Origin: Solirubrobacterales bacterium
GTDB taxonomy: Bacteria > Actinomycetota > Thermoleophilia > Solirubrobacterales > 70-9
Length of the DNA stretch: 64,000 bases
Assembly (NCBI GenBank): GCA_046330315.1
Contig: JAXLSZ010000012.1
Location: forward strand, 398 to 64,397
Direction: 5' to 3'
Shown here piece by piece: positions 43,670-52,968 of the stretch (positions are counted from its first letter, which is position 1; each line of letters starts with the position of its first letter). The notes beneath the pieces were generated by a model. It had not been told where the DNA came from. It saw only the letters and a list, made by a program, of their open reading frames with translations, and ran no database searches. A program made the position numbers and the translations under genes.

Positions 43670-44596
43670 GTGGCTGTGGAGGCGCACAAGGACCCTTGGA
43701 GGCGGGTGTCTGAGTTGGCCTCGGCTCAGGGTGGGGTGATCGGCAGGCAGCAGCTCCTCGAGGCCGGCCTCGGGCCGGGCGCGATCGACAACTGGCTCGG
43801 CTCAGGCCGTCTCCACCGGGTTCACCGAGGCGCATTCTCGGTTGGGCATCGCGCTCTCGGGGACCGCGGTCGGCAGATGGCCGCCGTCCTGGCCGCGGGA
43901 CGCGGCGCCGTGATCAGCCATCGCAGCGCCGCCCACCTTTGGGACCTTCGGCGAACCGACCGCAAGGTGGTCGAGGTATCGGCCCCCGGGCGCTGCCGGC
44001 ACCGCAGGCCGGACCTTCACGTGCATCGACCGCGCCGGCTCGACCAGGACGACTGCACAGCTCTCGACGGCGTGCCCGTGACCACGGTCGCGCGGACCCT
44101 GCTCGACCTTGCCGAGGTGGTCGGCCTGGCCGATCTCGACCGAGCGACGGAGCAGGCGGAGCGCATCGGGATCTTCGATCTCGACCAGATGAACAGGCTG
44201 CTGGGCCGCAGCCGGGGTCGCCGTGGGCTGAGGCCCCTGCGGGTTGTGCTGGCCCGGCAGGCTCCGGAAACGATGTCGGCCCGGTCGGAGCTGGAGCGCG
44301 CCTTTCTGCGGCTTTGCCGGGAGGGGTCCATCCCTGTGCCGTCGATCAACATCTGGATCGAGGGCTACGAGGTCGACGCGGCCTGGCCCCGGGCCCGGCT
44401 GGTGGTGGAGCTGGACGGCTTCGAGTATCACCGAACCCGGGCCGCGTTCGAGCGCGACCGCCTGCGGGACGCGCAGCTGCAGGCCGCAGGGTTCAGCGTT
44501 ATCCGGCTCACCGATCAGCGGCTGCGAACGGATCGGGACGGAGTGGTGGGGTCGCTTCGCCGGATGCTCGGGCTGGATCAGGCGACGGTGCAGTGA
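43670..44596 (+). CDS. DUF559 / endonuclease-domain protein (AbiEi-like N-terminus, Vsr/PD-(D/E)XK-like C-terminus).
   Basis: ORF 43670..44596: GVIGRQQLLEAGLGPGAIDNWLGSGRLHRVHRGAFSVGH...SHRSAAHLWDL...YEVDAAWPRARLVVELDGFEYHRTRAAFERDRLRDAQLQAAGFSVIRLT. Confidence 0.8.
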   Translation: MAVEAHKDPWRRVSELASAQGGVIGRQQLLEAGLGPGAIDNWLGSGRLHRVHRGAFSVGHRALGDRGRQMAAVLAAGRGAVISHRSAAHLWDLRRTDRKVVEVSAPGRCRHRRPDLHVHRPRRLDQDDCTALDGVPVTTVARTLLDLAEVVGLADLDRATEQAERIGIFDLDQMNRLLGRSRGRRGLRPLRVVLARQAPETMSARSELERAFLRLCREGSIPVPSINIWIEGYEVDAAWPRARLVVELDGFEYHRTRAAFERDRLRDAQLQAAGFSVIRLTDQRLRTDRDGVVGSLRRMLGLDQATVQ

Positions 44597-44629
44597 CGGT
44601 CCGCCCGCCCAGCCCCTCCGGCAAACGCG

Positions 44630-45580
44630 TCAGGCGGCCGTCCCGACCTTGACGCCACCGCGGCGCGCGTTGGCGTCGATCGCATCGACAATCTCCGGCC
44701 AAAGCTGCTCCGGGAGATCGTGGCCCATGCCCTCGATCATCTTCAGGCGTGCTTCGGGAATTGCCCGAGCGGTCGCCCTCCCCGCGGCCGGGCGAATCAG
44801 CGGGTCCGACCCGCCGTGGACGACCAGCGCGGGGAGGTCCAGCCGCCGAAGCCGGCGAGCCCTGTTTCCCGAGCAGTTGATCGCATGAAGCTGACGGGCC
44901 ACCCCCGGCGGGTAGAAGCTGCGCCGGTAGGAGACCTGCATCAGCTCCCGGAACCGCTCGGGGGCCATCGGGTAGCGCGGCGAGCCGATCACTTCGAAGG
45001 TCCTCGTGACCAAATCCATGTAGGCGTCGGCGTCGGAGGGCGGCTTGGCCATCAGCGTCACCATCGCCCTCCACTTGGGCATCCGAAACCAGCGGCTGCC
45101 GGTGCTGGACATCACCGAGGCGATCGAGTGGACCCGCTGCCGATGCTCGATCGCCATCGTCTGGCAGATCATCCCGCCCATCGAGACCCCGACCACGTGG
45201 GCCCTCTCGATTCCGAGGTGGTCGAGCAGGCCGACCGCATCGGCGGCCATGTCGGAGAGCAGGTAGGCGGGGCGGCCCGTCCCCGTGAGCATCGCGGCCC
45301 GACCCGGCATCTTGCGGGAATCGAGCTTGGTCGAGTGGCCGACATCGCGATTGTCGAAGCGGATCACGCGGTATCCCCGCGCGACGAGGGTCTCGCAGAA
45401 CCGCTCGTCCCAGGCTACCAGCTGCATGCCGAGGCCCATGACGAGAAGCATCGCCGGGTCGCCGGTGTTCCCGAACTCGTCATAGGCGATCTCGATTCCG
45501 TTGGAGGCGACCACGTGCTCCCGTTCGGCCAGCCTGTCGAGGGTCTCCTGCACCCTCCGATCCCGATCGCGCCCGCTCAC
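44630..45580 (-). CDS. Alpha/beta hydrolase.
   Basis: In ORF 44630..45949, from the GTG at 45580. The upstream part of the ORF is hairpin-repeat DNA. IEIAYDEFGNTGDPAMLLVMGLGMQLVAW, nucleophile elbow GVSMGG, VVHGGSDPL, GMGHDLP. Confidence 0.8.
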   Translation of the reverse strand: MSGRDRDRRVQETLDRLAEREHVVASNGIEIAYDEFGNTGDPAMLLVMGLGMQLVAWDERFCETLVARGYRVIRFDNRDVGHSTKLDSRKMPGRAAMLTGTGRPAYLLSDMAADAVGLLDHLGIERAHVVGVSMGGMICQTMAIEHRQRVHSIASVMSSTGSRWFRMPKWRAMVTLMAKPPSDADAYMDLVTRTFEVIGSPRYPMAPERFRELMQVSYRRSFYPPGVARQLHAINCSGNRARRLRRLDLPALVVHGGSDPLIRPAAGRATARAIPEARLKMIEGMGHDLPEQLWPEIVDAIDANARRGGVKVGTAA

Positions 45581-45598
45581 CCCTCGAACCCTATGACC

Positions 45599-45714
45599 TG
45601 GGACCTCCCGACCCCGCTGTGAGGGGGTGAAAAGGTCCCAGGTCCTCTGGCGAGCTTCGTGGCTGCGACGTGGGACCTCCGAGCACCTGCTGGGTGGGGT
45701 CAAAAGGTCCCACG
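45599..45714. repeat. Two copies of the hairpin element (variant, probably inverted orientation), locus C.
   Basis: 45599..45641: TGGGACCTCccgaccccgctgtgagggggtgaaAAGGTCCCA. 45670..45714: GTGGGACCTCcgagcacctgctgggtggggtcaaAAGGTCCCACG. Confidence 0.8.
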
Positions 45715-45762
45715 TGGGAGGCGGAGGTGGGGTTGCGGGCCGGGAAGAGCTGGCGGGGCGAG

Positions 45763-47919
45763 CTAGGCGGAGGTGAGGTGGAAGATCTGGTGGCGGTCGA
45801 GCCGGGCGCTGCGGCCCGGGGGGACCGCGAAGGTGGTCGCCACCGACTCGACGATCGCCGGGCCCTCGATCGTGTTCCCGGCCCGCAGCTCGGAGAGCTC
45901 GAAGATCGCGGTCTCGCGACGCTCCAGGCCCTCGCCCGTCTTCCACCACACCGCGCGCCCGCCCTTTGGCGGCGCCGCCGAGTCACCCTCCCGCTCGTCG
46001 GGCAGGGCGGGGCGCTCGACCTCGACCGACCCGAGGACGATCGCGTGAGTCACCAGGTAGCCGAGCTCCGGCGAGCGGGCCGAGCGCGCGAACACCTTCC
46101 CGTAGGCATCCTCGAAGGCGGCGACGAGGTCCTCGAGCTCGGCGGAGTCCTCGAGCTCGGCATGCGGGGAGACGATCTCGATGTCGTTGAGCTGGCCGTA
46201 GTACTGCATCCGCACCGCATGCGTGAAGGAGATCCTCTCCCGCCCGATCCCCGACTTGGCGAACTCGGCGGCCACCTTCTCCTCGAGCCCCTGCCACAAG
46301 CCGGTGATCAGCATCCCGATCCCGGCCCGCTCCATCTCGTCCTGCGCGGGCATGATCGGCATGTCGATGGTCTGGTCGAAGCGGTACTCGAAGGGCGCGC
46401 AGGCGCAGCCGTAGGCGCTGAACCCGGCCGCCCAGGCGGGCACCAGAACGTCCCTGTAGGGGACATCCTCGGTGTAGCCGGCGACGTGGAGCGGCCCGCC
46501 GCCCCCGTAGCAGAGCAGCGCGTAGTCGGCCGGCGAGTAGCCCTTTCCGAGGATCCGCCCGACCGCCTCGTTCTTCAGGGTCTGCTCGAATAGCTCGACC
46601 ACCCCCGCCGCCGCCTCCTCGACGCCGAGGCCGAGCGGCTCGGCCACCTGCTCGCGCACCGCCGCCCGGGCCCGCTCGGGGTCGAGCTTCACCTCGCCGC
46701 CCAGGAAGTAGTCCGGGTTGACGCGTCCGAGCACCAGGTCGAGGTCGGTGACCGAGACCTCCTCCAGCCCGCCCTCGGGCCAGCACATGCCGATCCTCGA
46801 GCCCGCCGAGTCGGGCCCCAGCTCGGGGCGGTTGGAGTTGGGGTTGACCCGCACGAAGGATCCGGTCCCGGCGCCGATCGAGTCGATCCTGACCAGTGGC
46901 ATGGCGAGAAGGAAGCGCGCGATATCCGGCGTCTGGGTGATCTCGAAACGCCCGTCGGTGATCAGCGCGATGTCGAACGAGGTCCCGCCGATGTCCGTGC
47001 ACAGGACATTGGGCAGCCCCATCGCCTCCGCCAGCTGCCCCCCCCCGACCACCCCGCCGATCGGGCCCGAGACCAGAGTGCGGGCCAGCTCCTGTGCCTC
47101 GATCGAAATCGTCCCACCGTGCGAGGCCATCACCCGCAGCTCGAACCCGGCCCCCGCCTCCTTCGTCCTGTGGCGAACCGACTTCAGCGTTCCCCGCGAC
47201 GGCTCGGCCGCGTAGGCCTCGATCAGGGTGGAGTTGAGCCTCGGCAGGTCGCGCCGCATCGGGTAGAGCTGGGAGGAGACGAACACCGGCACCTCCTCCG
47301 AGGCGACCCCGCGGGCGGCCTTCTCCTCCTCGAGGATCTCGGCGACCCGCAGCTCGTGCCCGGCGTTGCGATAGCTGAAGAGCAGCGAAATGCAGATGCC
47401 CTCGACCCCCGCCTCGAGCAGCTCGGCGGCCGCCGCCCGGGCGTCCTCCTCGCGCAGCGGCAGCACCTCGGTGCCCATCACGTCGATCCTCCCCCTCACC
47501 CCCTTGACCAGCTCGCGGGCAACGATCGGCTCGTTGTGGTGGTGCGTGGCGATGTGGAGACGATCGGAGTAGGAGTAGCCGAGATAGGTCTGGATCGCGC
47601 GCTCGATGCGCAGGTAGTCCTCCTGTCCGGCGGTGACCACCGCCCCGATCCTCAGTCCCTGGCGGGAGAGCAGGCGGTTGAGCATCGCGGTCCCGCTGAA
47701 GATCCCCGAGACGATCCCGCCGAAGGCCTGTTCCGGCGAGCTGTCCCACTGCCCGAGCGCGTCCTCGGCGGAGCGCATGAACCCGACCGACTCGTCCTCT
47801 GGCGTGGTCTGGGCCTTGCCGACCGCGAAACGCCCGCGGGCATCGACGATGAAGGTGTCCGTCATCGTTCCTCCGGCGTCGATCGCCAGCACCCGGGGAT
47901 CGCGGTGCGCCTCGCTCAT
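45763..47919 (-). CDS. Acetone carboxylase beta subunit-like (hydantoinase A/oxoprolinase family).
   Basis: ORF 45763..47919 (718 aa): VLAIDAGGTMTDTFIVDARGRFAVGKAQTTPEDES, SGTAMLNRLL, TDIGGTSFDIALI, YGGGGPLH, VPAWAAGFSAYGCA, MQYYGQLNDIEI, ARSPELGY. Collinear with AcxA as I remember it. Confidence 0.85.
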   Translation of the reverse strand: MSEAHRDPRVLAIDAGGTMTDTFIVDARGRFAVGKAQTTPEDESVGFMRSAEDALGQWDSSPEQAFGGIVSGIFSGTAMLNRLLSRQGLRIGAVVTAGQEDYLRIERAIQTYLGYSYSDRLHIATHHHNEPIVARELVKGVRGRIDVMGTEVLPLREEDARAAAAELLEAGVEGICISLLFSYRNAGHELRVAEILEEEKAARGVASEEVPVFVSSQLYPMRRDLPRLNSTLIEAYAAEPSRGTLKSVRHRTKEAGAGFELRVMASHGGTISIEAQELARTLVSGPIGGVVGGGQLAEAMGLPNVLCTDIGGTSFDIALITDGRFEITQTPDIARFLLAMPLVRIDSIGAGTGSFVRVNPNSNRPELGPDSAGSRIGMCWPEGGLEEVSVTDLDLVLGRVNPDYFLGGEVKLDPERARAAVREQVAEPLGLGVEEAAAGVVELFEQTLKNEAVGRILGKGYSPADYALLCYGGGGPLHVAGYTEDVPYRDVLVPAWAAGFSAYGCACAPFEYRFDQTIDMPIMPAQDEMERAGIGMLITGLWQGLEEKVAAEFAKSGIGRERISFTHAVRMQYYGQLNDIEIVSPHAELEDSAELEDLVAAFEDAYGKVFARSARSPELGYLVTHAIVLGSVEVERPALPDEREGDSAAPPKGGRAVWWKTGEGLERRETAIFELSELRAGNTIEGPAIVESVATTFAVPPGRSARLDRHQIFHLTSA

Positions 47920-48043
47920 GGCCCGCGAGTCTATTCAGCACGGTGGGGCGCAGGCCGGCCGCGATTCACCGCCCGGGCGATGGCTGGGCGGCTTCGATTC
48001 CCCGGCCGGGCGCCGGACCGCCACAGCGCCTAGCCTTGGGCCG

Positions 48044-49204
48044 GTGCGAACGGCGGTGATATCCGACCTTCACCTGGGAAGCGCCTCGCGCGAGGACGTC
48101 CTGCGCGATCCCGAGGTGCGCTCCGCCCTCTTCGAGCCCCTCGCCTCCGCCGACCGCCTCGTCCTGCTGGGCGACAGCGTGGAGCTGCGGGACTTCCCCC
48201 TGGCCCTGGCCCTCGAGGAGGCCCGGCCCTTCTTCGAGGAGCTCGGCGAGGCGATGGCCGGGCGCGAGGTGCTGATGGTGCCCGGCAACCACGACCACCG
48301 GCTCGCCGAGCCGCTGCTGGAGCAGCACTCGCTCGACGGCGCCGGCCAGCGCCCCCTGGGCCTCGAGAACCGCTACGCGCCCGCCGGCGGGGCGGCCGCG
48401 AGGATCGCCGCGTGGCTCGGCCCGGCCCGCCTGGAGATGTCCTATCCCGGGGTGTGGCTGACCTCCGAGGTCTACGCCATGCACGGGCACTACATGGACG
48501 TCCACCTCACCCTGCCTAAGGTGGAGGCGATCGGCGCCGCGGCGCTGACCCGCGCGCTCGGGCGCCTCCCGGACCCGGCCGCCCCCCAAGACTACGAGCG
48601 GCTCCTGGCCCCGATGTACGGCCTGATCTACGACTTCGCCCAGACCCGCGGCCACCGGAAGGTGGGGGCTCCGCGGCCCTCGGAGCGAGTCTGGAAGCTC
48701 GCCACCGGCGGCGCCGGCTCGGGCTCCCGCCGCGCCCGGCTCGCTTCCACCGCGATCTCCCGCGGCGCCGTGCCGCTCGCCGTCGGCGCTCTGAACCTCC
48801 TGCTGGGGACCGGCTACGAGTCCGACCTCTCGGCCCCGGCGGTCTCACGGGCCGGGGTCAGGGGAGCCGCCGAGGCGGCCCAACGGATGCGCATCGGGGC
48901 CGAGCACGTGGTCGTCGGCCACAGCCACCGTGCCGGCCCCCGGGAGGACGAGGGCCCGTGGCGGATCGAGGGCGGAGGGTCGCTCCACAACACCGGCAAC
49001 TGGGTCTTCGCCTCGGCCCTCCACCCCCTTCGCTCCCGGCCCGGTCCCTACTGGCCCGGGACGGTCACCTGGGTCGAGCCGGGCCTCGCGCCCCACCGGG
49101 AGCTGCTGCTGGCGGACCGCAGCGCCGAGGAGCTGGCCGCGATCGGCGGCGGCAGCGCCGGGCGGTTCCGGCTCTACTCCCTGGCCTCCAGGGAGGAGAG
49201 CTGA
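48044..49204 (+). CDS. Metallophosphoesterase (calcineurin-like).
   Basis: In ORF 47633..49204, from the GTG at 48044: VRTAVISDLHLGS, LVLLGDSVEL, VPGNHDH, MHGHY, VVGHSH. Confidence 0.8.
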   Translation: MRTAVISDLHLGSASREDVLRDPEVRSALFEPLASADRLVLLGDSVELRDFPLALALEEARPFFEELGEAMAGREVLMVPGNHDHRLAEPLLEQHSLDGAGQRPLGLENRYAPAGGAAARIAAWLGPARLEMSYPGVWLTSEVYAMHGHYMDVHLTLPKVEAIGAAALTRALGRLPDPAAPQDYERLLAPMYGLIYDFAQTRGHRKVGAPRPSERVWKLATGGAGSGSRRARLASTAISRGAVPLAVGALNLLLGTGYESDLSAPAVSRAGVRGAAEAAQRMRIGAEHVVVGHSHRAGPREDEGPWRIEGGGSLHNTGNWVFASALHPLRSRPGPYWPGTVTWVEPGLAPHRELLLADRSAEELAAIGGGSAGRFRLYSLASREES

Positions 49205-49215
49205 TCCAGCGACCG

Positions 49216-49233
49216 CCCGGCGCCGGCGCCGGG
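49216..49233. terminator. Perfect 18-bp GC palindrome between convergent genes.
   Basis: cccggcgccggcgccggg is its own reverse complement. Confidence 0.4.
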
Positions 49234-49234
49234 T

Positions 49235-51718
49235 TCAGGGACCAGTGTAGGTCCCCGAGAAGCAGGGCAGCCCGCTGCAGGTGTCGGTGATCTGGCTGAG
49301 GTTGTCAGGCTGCAGGAAGTCGGAGACCATCTGCTGCTCGGCGGGCGTGTTCCTCGGCAGGCTGTGTGGATCATCACCGCTCTCGTTCGGCGTGTTGGTC
49401 AGCGGCGGCGGGTCGGTGCCAAGGCCGGGGGACCAGTCGAGCGGGCCGCCGTCCCAGTAGACGATCGCCGAGCCCGTGTAGGGGTAGGCGGCGATCCGCG
49501 GGATCCCGTAGAGCGGGTCCACACCCGGCCAGCGGCCGGCGGCGATGACCGGGTCGTGGGTCTGGGCGCCGATCGTCCTCGCCTCTGTGTCCGCCTGCCA
49601 GGTGGTCACCTGGTGGTCCCCGAAGGCGACGTCCATCAGGACCTTGTGGGCCGGAGTGTCGGGCAGCGGGTCATCGGTCATCCGCCGGGCGTAGCCGTTG
49701 GCCTCGGAGCGATCCCAGAGCATCTGGACGATCGCCAGCACCTGCGCCTGCTCCAGCTTGCTGGGGTACGCCGGGTTGAGGACGATCTGGTAGGTGGCGA
49801 AATCCGTGGAGCGGTTGAGCAGGACCGAGTAGTTCATCCCAGGGACTCCGAGCGAGCCCCGGGTCGCGTCGGGGGAGATCGCCATGAAGGCGCCGCCGAG
49901 GATCCCACCCTGGCTGTTGCCGTTGTAGTAGAGCTTGGAGGTATCGATCACCGACGGGTTGGTGGGATCGCCGGGCGTGATCGTCTCGTTGGGATGGGTG
50001 TCGGCCTCGGTCTGGTCGACGTGGAAGGCCTTGACGCTGGCGAATCCGGCCGGGTTGTCCATCAGCCGGCCGAGGTAAAGCTCGTCGAGCAGTCCCTGCT
50101 GGGTCCGATCGGTGATAAGCGGGAACTTCGACATGTCCCCGAGCGCCGCTATCGCCGTCGCGATGTCGTTCTCGGAGAAACCGATCTCGTCGGTCGCGCA
50201 GTGCATGAACTTGTGTGACTGCGAGAGCGTCCGCTGGGGGGTCGAGGCGACCTCACCCGCGTCGCCGAGCAGGCCGTGCCCGTAGACCACCGGCCGACCG
50301 GGCGAGTGCCCCGCGTCGTCGACGATCGAGTGCGGGACGATGCAGTCGAAGTTGGCCGTCCAGGTCCCGTTCTGGACCGGCACCCCGTTGGAGTCGAGGT
50401 TGTAACGGCTTCCCGGGGCGCAGGGGACGTTGCTCACTGAGGTCATGTAGCAGGGCACCGTGAATGTCCCCTTGACCCGCCGGGCGAGCTCGGTGTTCGG
50501 GTTGAGGTCGACCTCGGTGACGGTGAAGGCGGGCGCGGTGCCTGTCACAGTCCCGTCGGAGAGGTTGGTGTCCCCGAGCTGGCTGAACGCGTCGTCGCGG
50601 ATCTGAAGGAGCCGTGAGGCGATGTTGAGGTCGCTGGCGACGGTGAAATCCCAAGCCAGGTAGAGATCCGCCCTGGCGACGCCAGCCTTGCGCAGCGTCC
50701 GGAAGACCGCCTCGAAGCGCTTTCGCTGCTTGTTGATCGCCGTTTTCGAGGAGGGCAGATCATCGCGGTAGTAGCGGAAGCCCTCGGGGGCGGCGATCGT
50801 CGTACCGGCGGAGGTCTTCAAGTCACGCAGGGCGACCACGTAGCGGTGCCCGGCCGCGAAGTTCTTCGCCGGGTGGATGAGCAGCGCAGTGTCGGCGGGA
50901 GTCGCGGCGTTGGAGTCGATCTCGACCCAGACCGGCCACCGCTTGCCGGTCTCGGCGTCGATCACCACGACTGGCGCGTTGCGGTCCTTGTAGCGGCCGA
51001 TTTGGTTGATCGCCACCGCTCCGGTCTTGGTCATCGCGGCCGGGTTGTCGAGTCCCGGGACGCGCAGCACGATGGTCTGCCCGGGACTGAACCCGTCGTT
51101 GCCGTTGTAGTCGGAGGCGATCATGTGCGAACCCGACACGTTGGCCGGGAGCGCCGCGTTCTGGAAGTAGATCCGCCGTCCCGTGTCGCCGGCGGAGTCC
51201 TTGCGGGTGTAGAAGTCGTCGGGGAAGGGAAGCATGCAGCGCGAGCCCTTCTGCTGACCGATGAAGTCGCATAGCGAGGCCTGCGAGAGGTCGACCGGCT
51301 TCGGCTTGCAGGAGGCGGTCTGGCGAACCAGGTCCGCCCTGGACTTCGAGCCCCCGGCCTTGACCTCGAGGGTTCGCGCCTCGCAGCTCGCCGCCGCCTT
51401 GCGCCCGGCCGCGGTCAGCGGGAGCTTCACCGTCCGCTGCCCGGTGTGCCTGAACACCAGCGTCTTGGTGCCGGTCAGTGCCGAGAAGCCGGGGTGGTCG
51501 AAGGTCGAGGAGAGGCCCTTGACCGTGACCCTCTTTGCGCGGTGGCCCTTGACCTTGGCGCTCACCTTCACCTTGAGGGCGCCGGCGGAGAGGATCGACT
51601 TCTGACCCGAGCCGAGCAGCTTCAGCTTCGGCGCCGAGGCCGACGCGGAGGCCGCGAGCAGCCCCCCGAGCGCGAGCACCGCAATCGCCGTGGCCAGAAG
51701 CCTGGTGATTCCTCTCAT
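49235..51718 (-). CDS. Large secreted protein with alpha/beta-hydrolase-like motifs (putative esterase/lipase). Family not recognised.
   Basis: ORF 49235..51718 (827 aa). Signal peptide MRGITRLLATAIAVLALGGLLAASASA. VVYGHGLLG (oxyanion-hole-like), YYNGNSQGG (GxSxG), AFGDHQV (His-like). Confidence 0.6.
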   Translation of the reverse strand: MRGITRLLATAIAVLALGGLLAASASASAPKLKLLGSGQKSILSAGALKVKVSAKVKGHRAKRVTVKGLSSTFDHPGFSALTGTKTLVFRHTGQRTVKLPLTAAGRKAAASCEARTLEVKAGGSKSRADLVRQTASCKPKPVDLSQASLCDFIGQQKGSRCMLPFPDDFYTRKDSAGDTGRRIYFQNAALPANVSGSHMIASDYNGNDGFSPGQTIVLRVPGLDNPAAMTKTGAVAINQIGRYKDRNAPVVVIDAETGKRWPVWVEIDSNAATPADTALLIHPAKNFAAGHRYVVALRDLKTSAGTTIAAPEGFRYYRDDLPSSKTAINKQRKRFEAVFRTLRKAGVARADLYLAWDFTVASDLNIASRLLQIRDDAFSQLGDTNLSDGTVTGTAPAFTVTEVDLNPNTELARRVKGTFTVPCYMTSVSNVPCAPGSRYNLDSNGVPVQNGTWTANFDCIVPHSIVDDAGHSPGRPVVYGHGLLGDAGEVASTPQRTLSQSHKFMHCATDEIGFSENDIATAIAALGDMSKFPLITDRTQQGLLDELYLGRLMDNPAGFASVKAFHVDQTEADTHPNETITPGDPTNPSVIDTSKLYYNGNSQGGILGGAFMAISPDATRGSLGVPGMNYSVLLNRSTDFATYQIVLNPAYPSKLEQAQVLAIVQMLWDRSEANGYARRMTDDPLPDTPAHKVLMDVAFGDHQVTTWQADTEARTIGAQTHDPVIAAGRWPGVDPLYGIPRIAAYPYTGSAIVYWDGGPLDWSPGLGTDPPPLTNTPNESGDDPHSLPRNTPAEQQMVSDFLQPDNLSQITDTCSGLPCFSGTYTGP

Positions 51719-51910
51719 CCTTCTCCTCCGATCTCAGCCGGGCGACCCCCGCCCTTCTCCTCTCCTGCGGCCGGGGACGCTACCACCAACCGGGGCGGGG
51801 TGAGAGGTGGAGCGGCCATCCTTACCAATCTGGTCGACTTTCTTCCTCGGAAGCTGCTACCTTGCTGCGCTGTAATTCTGGATAAAAAAAATCAAGAAAG
51901 AAGGAAAACA

Positions 51911-52966
51911 ATGAGCAAGGCACGAACGCGCGGCAGTCGCCTCCTCATAACCGCGATCGCCGCCACCGCCCTCACCCTCGGTGCGGCAGCGGTCATTGCC
52001 GGCTGCGGCTCGAGCGACAGCTCCAGCACCGGCTCGAGCGGCTCCGGCCCGAACAGCGGCGAGAAGCTCGACGTCGTCGGCTACTCCACCCCGGAGACCG
52101 TCTACGAGGAGGGGCTCGAGCCGGGCTTCAACAAGACCAAGGATGGGGCCGGGGTCAGCTTCTCCAACTCCTTCGGTGCCTCCGGTGACCAGAGCCGGGC
52201 GGTGGAGGCAGGTCAGCCCGCCTCGGTCGTCCACTTCTCCCAGGCCGGCGATATGACCCGCTTGGTGGACGCCGGGATCGTCTCCAAGGACTGGGACAAG
52301 CAGAAGTACGACGGGATCGCCCAGAACTCGGTCGTCGTGATCGTCACCCGGAAGGGCAACCCCAAAGGCATCAAGTCGTTCGACGACCTGATCAACAAGG
52401 ACGTCAGCATCGTCACCCCGAACCCGTTCAGCTCGGGCTCGGCGCGCTGGAACATCATGGCGATCTACGGCTCGCAGATCGAGCAGGGCAAGACGCCCGA
52501 CCAGGCGCTGGCCGCCGTGAAGACGGTGCTCGGCAAGACCGCCGTGCAGCCTGGCAGCGGCCGCGACGCGCTGGCCGCCTTCACCCAGGGTGAGGGCGAC
52601 GTCCTGCTCTCCTACGAGAACGAGGCGATCGCCGCCCAGCGCGAGGGCGAGGACGTCGACTACGTAATCCCCGACGACACCATCCTGATCCAGACCCCGG
52701 TCGCCGTGACCGAAGGCGCCCCGGCGGCCGCGACGGCATTCCTCGACTACATCTGGTCGGACGCCGGCCAGAAGGTGTGGGCCGAGAACGGCTACCGGCC
52801 GGTCAACCCGAAGCTGGTCGACAAGAAGGAGTTCCCGACCCCCAAGGGCCTCTTCACGATCGACAAGTTCGGCGGCTGGGACAAGGTGAACGACGAGTTC
52901 TTCGACGAGGCCGCCGGGTCGGTGGCGAAGATCGAGCAGGAGCTCGGGGTCTCCACAGCGGGTTAG
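51911..52966 (+). CDS. cysP: Sulfate/thiosulfate ABC transporter substrate-binding lipoprotein.
   Basis: In ORF 51446..52966, from the ATG at 51911 (AGAAAGAAGGAAAA upstream). Lipobox VIAGC/GSS. PNPFSSGSARWNIMAIYG, LLSYENEAI, ENGYRPV. Confidence 0.85.
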   Translation: MSKARTRGSRLLITAIAATALTLGAAAVIAGCGSSDSSSTGSSGSGPNSGEKLDVVGYSTPETVYEEGLEPGFNKTKDGAGVSFSNSFGASGDQSRAVEAGQPASVVHFSQAGDMTRLVDAGIVSKDWDKQKYDGIAQNSVVVIVTRKGNPKGIKSFDDLINKDVSIVTPNPFSSGSARWNIMAIYGSQIEQGKTPDQALAAVKTVLGKTAVQPGSGRDALAAFTQGEGDVLLSYENEAIAAQREGEDVDYVIPDDTILIQTPVAVTEGAPAAATAFLDYIWSDAGQKVWAENGYRPVNPKLVDKKEFPTPKGLFTIDKFGGWDKVNDEFFDEAAGSVAKIEQELGVSTAG

Positions 52967-52968
52967 CC

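Noticed and set aside
43670-44596. The DUF559/AbiEi-like gene as half of an AbiE toxin-antitoxin system.
   Set aside because: There is no adjacent AbiEii nucleotidyltransferase gene. The fusion of an AbiEi-like N-terminus with a DUF559 endonuclease-like C-terminus is a common stand-alone actinobacterial architecture.
51719-51910. A riboswitch or leader upstream of the sulfate-binding protein gene (AT-rich tract ctgtaattctggataaaaaaaatcaagaaagaaggaaaaca).
   Set aside because: No known riboswitch class matches by eye. The AT-rich tract is most simply a promoter plus ribosome-binding region.
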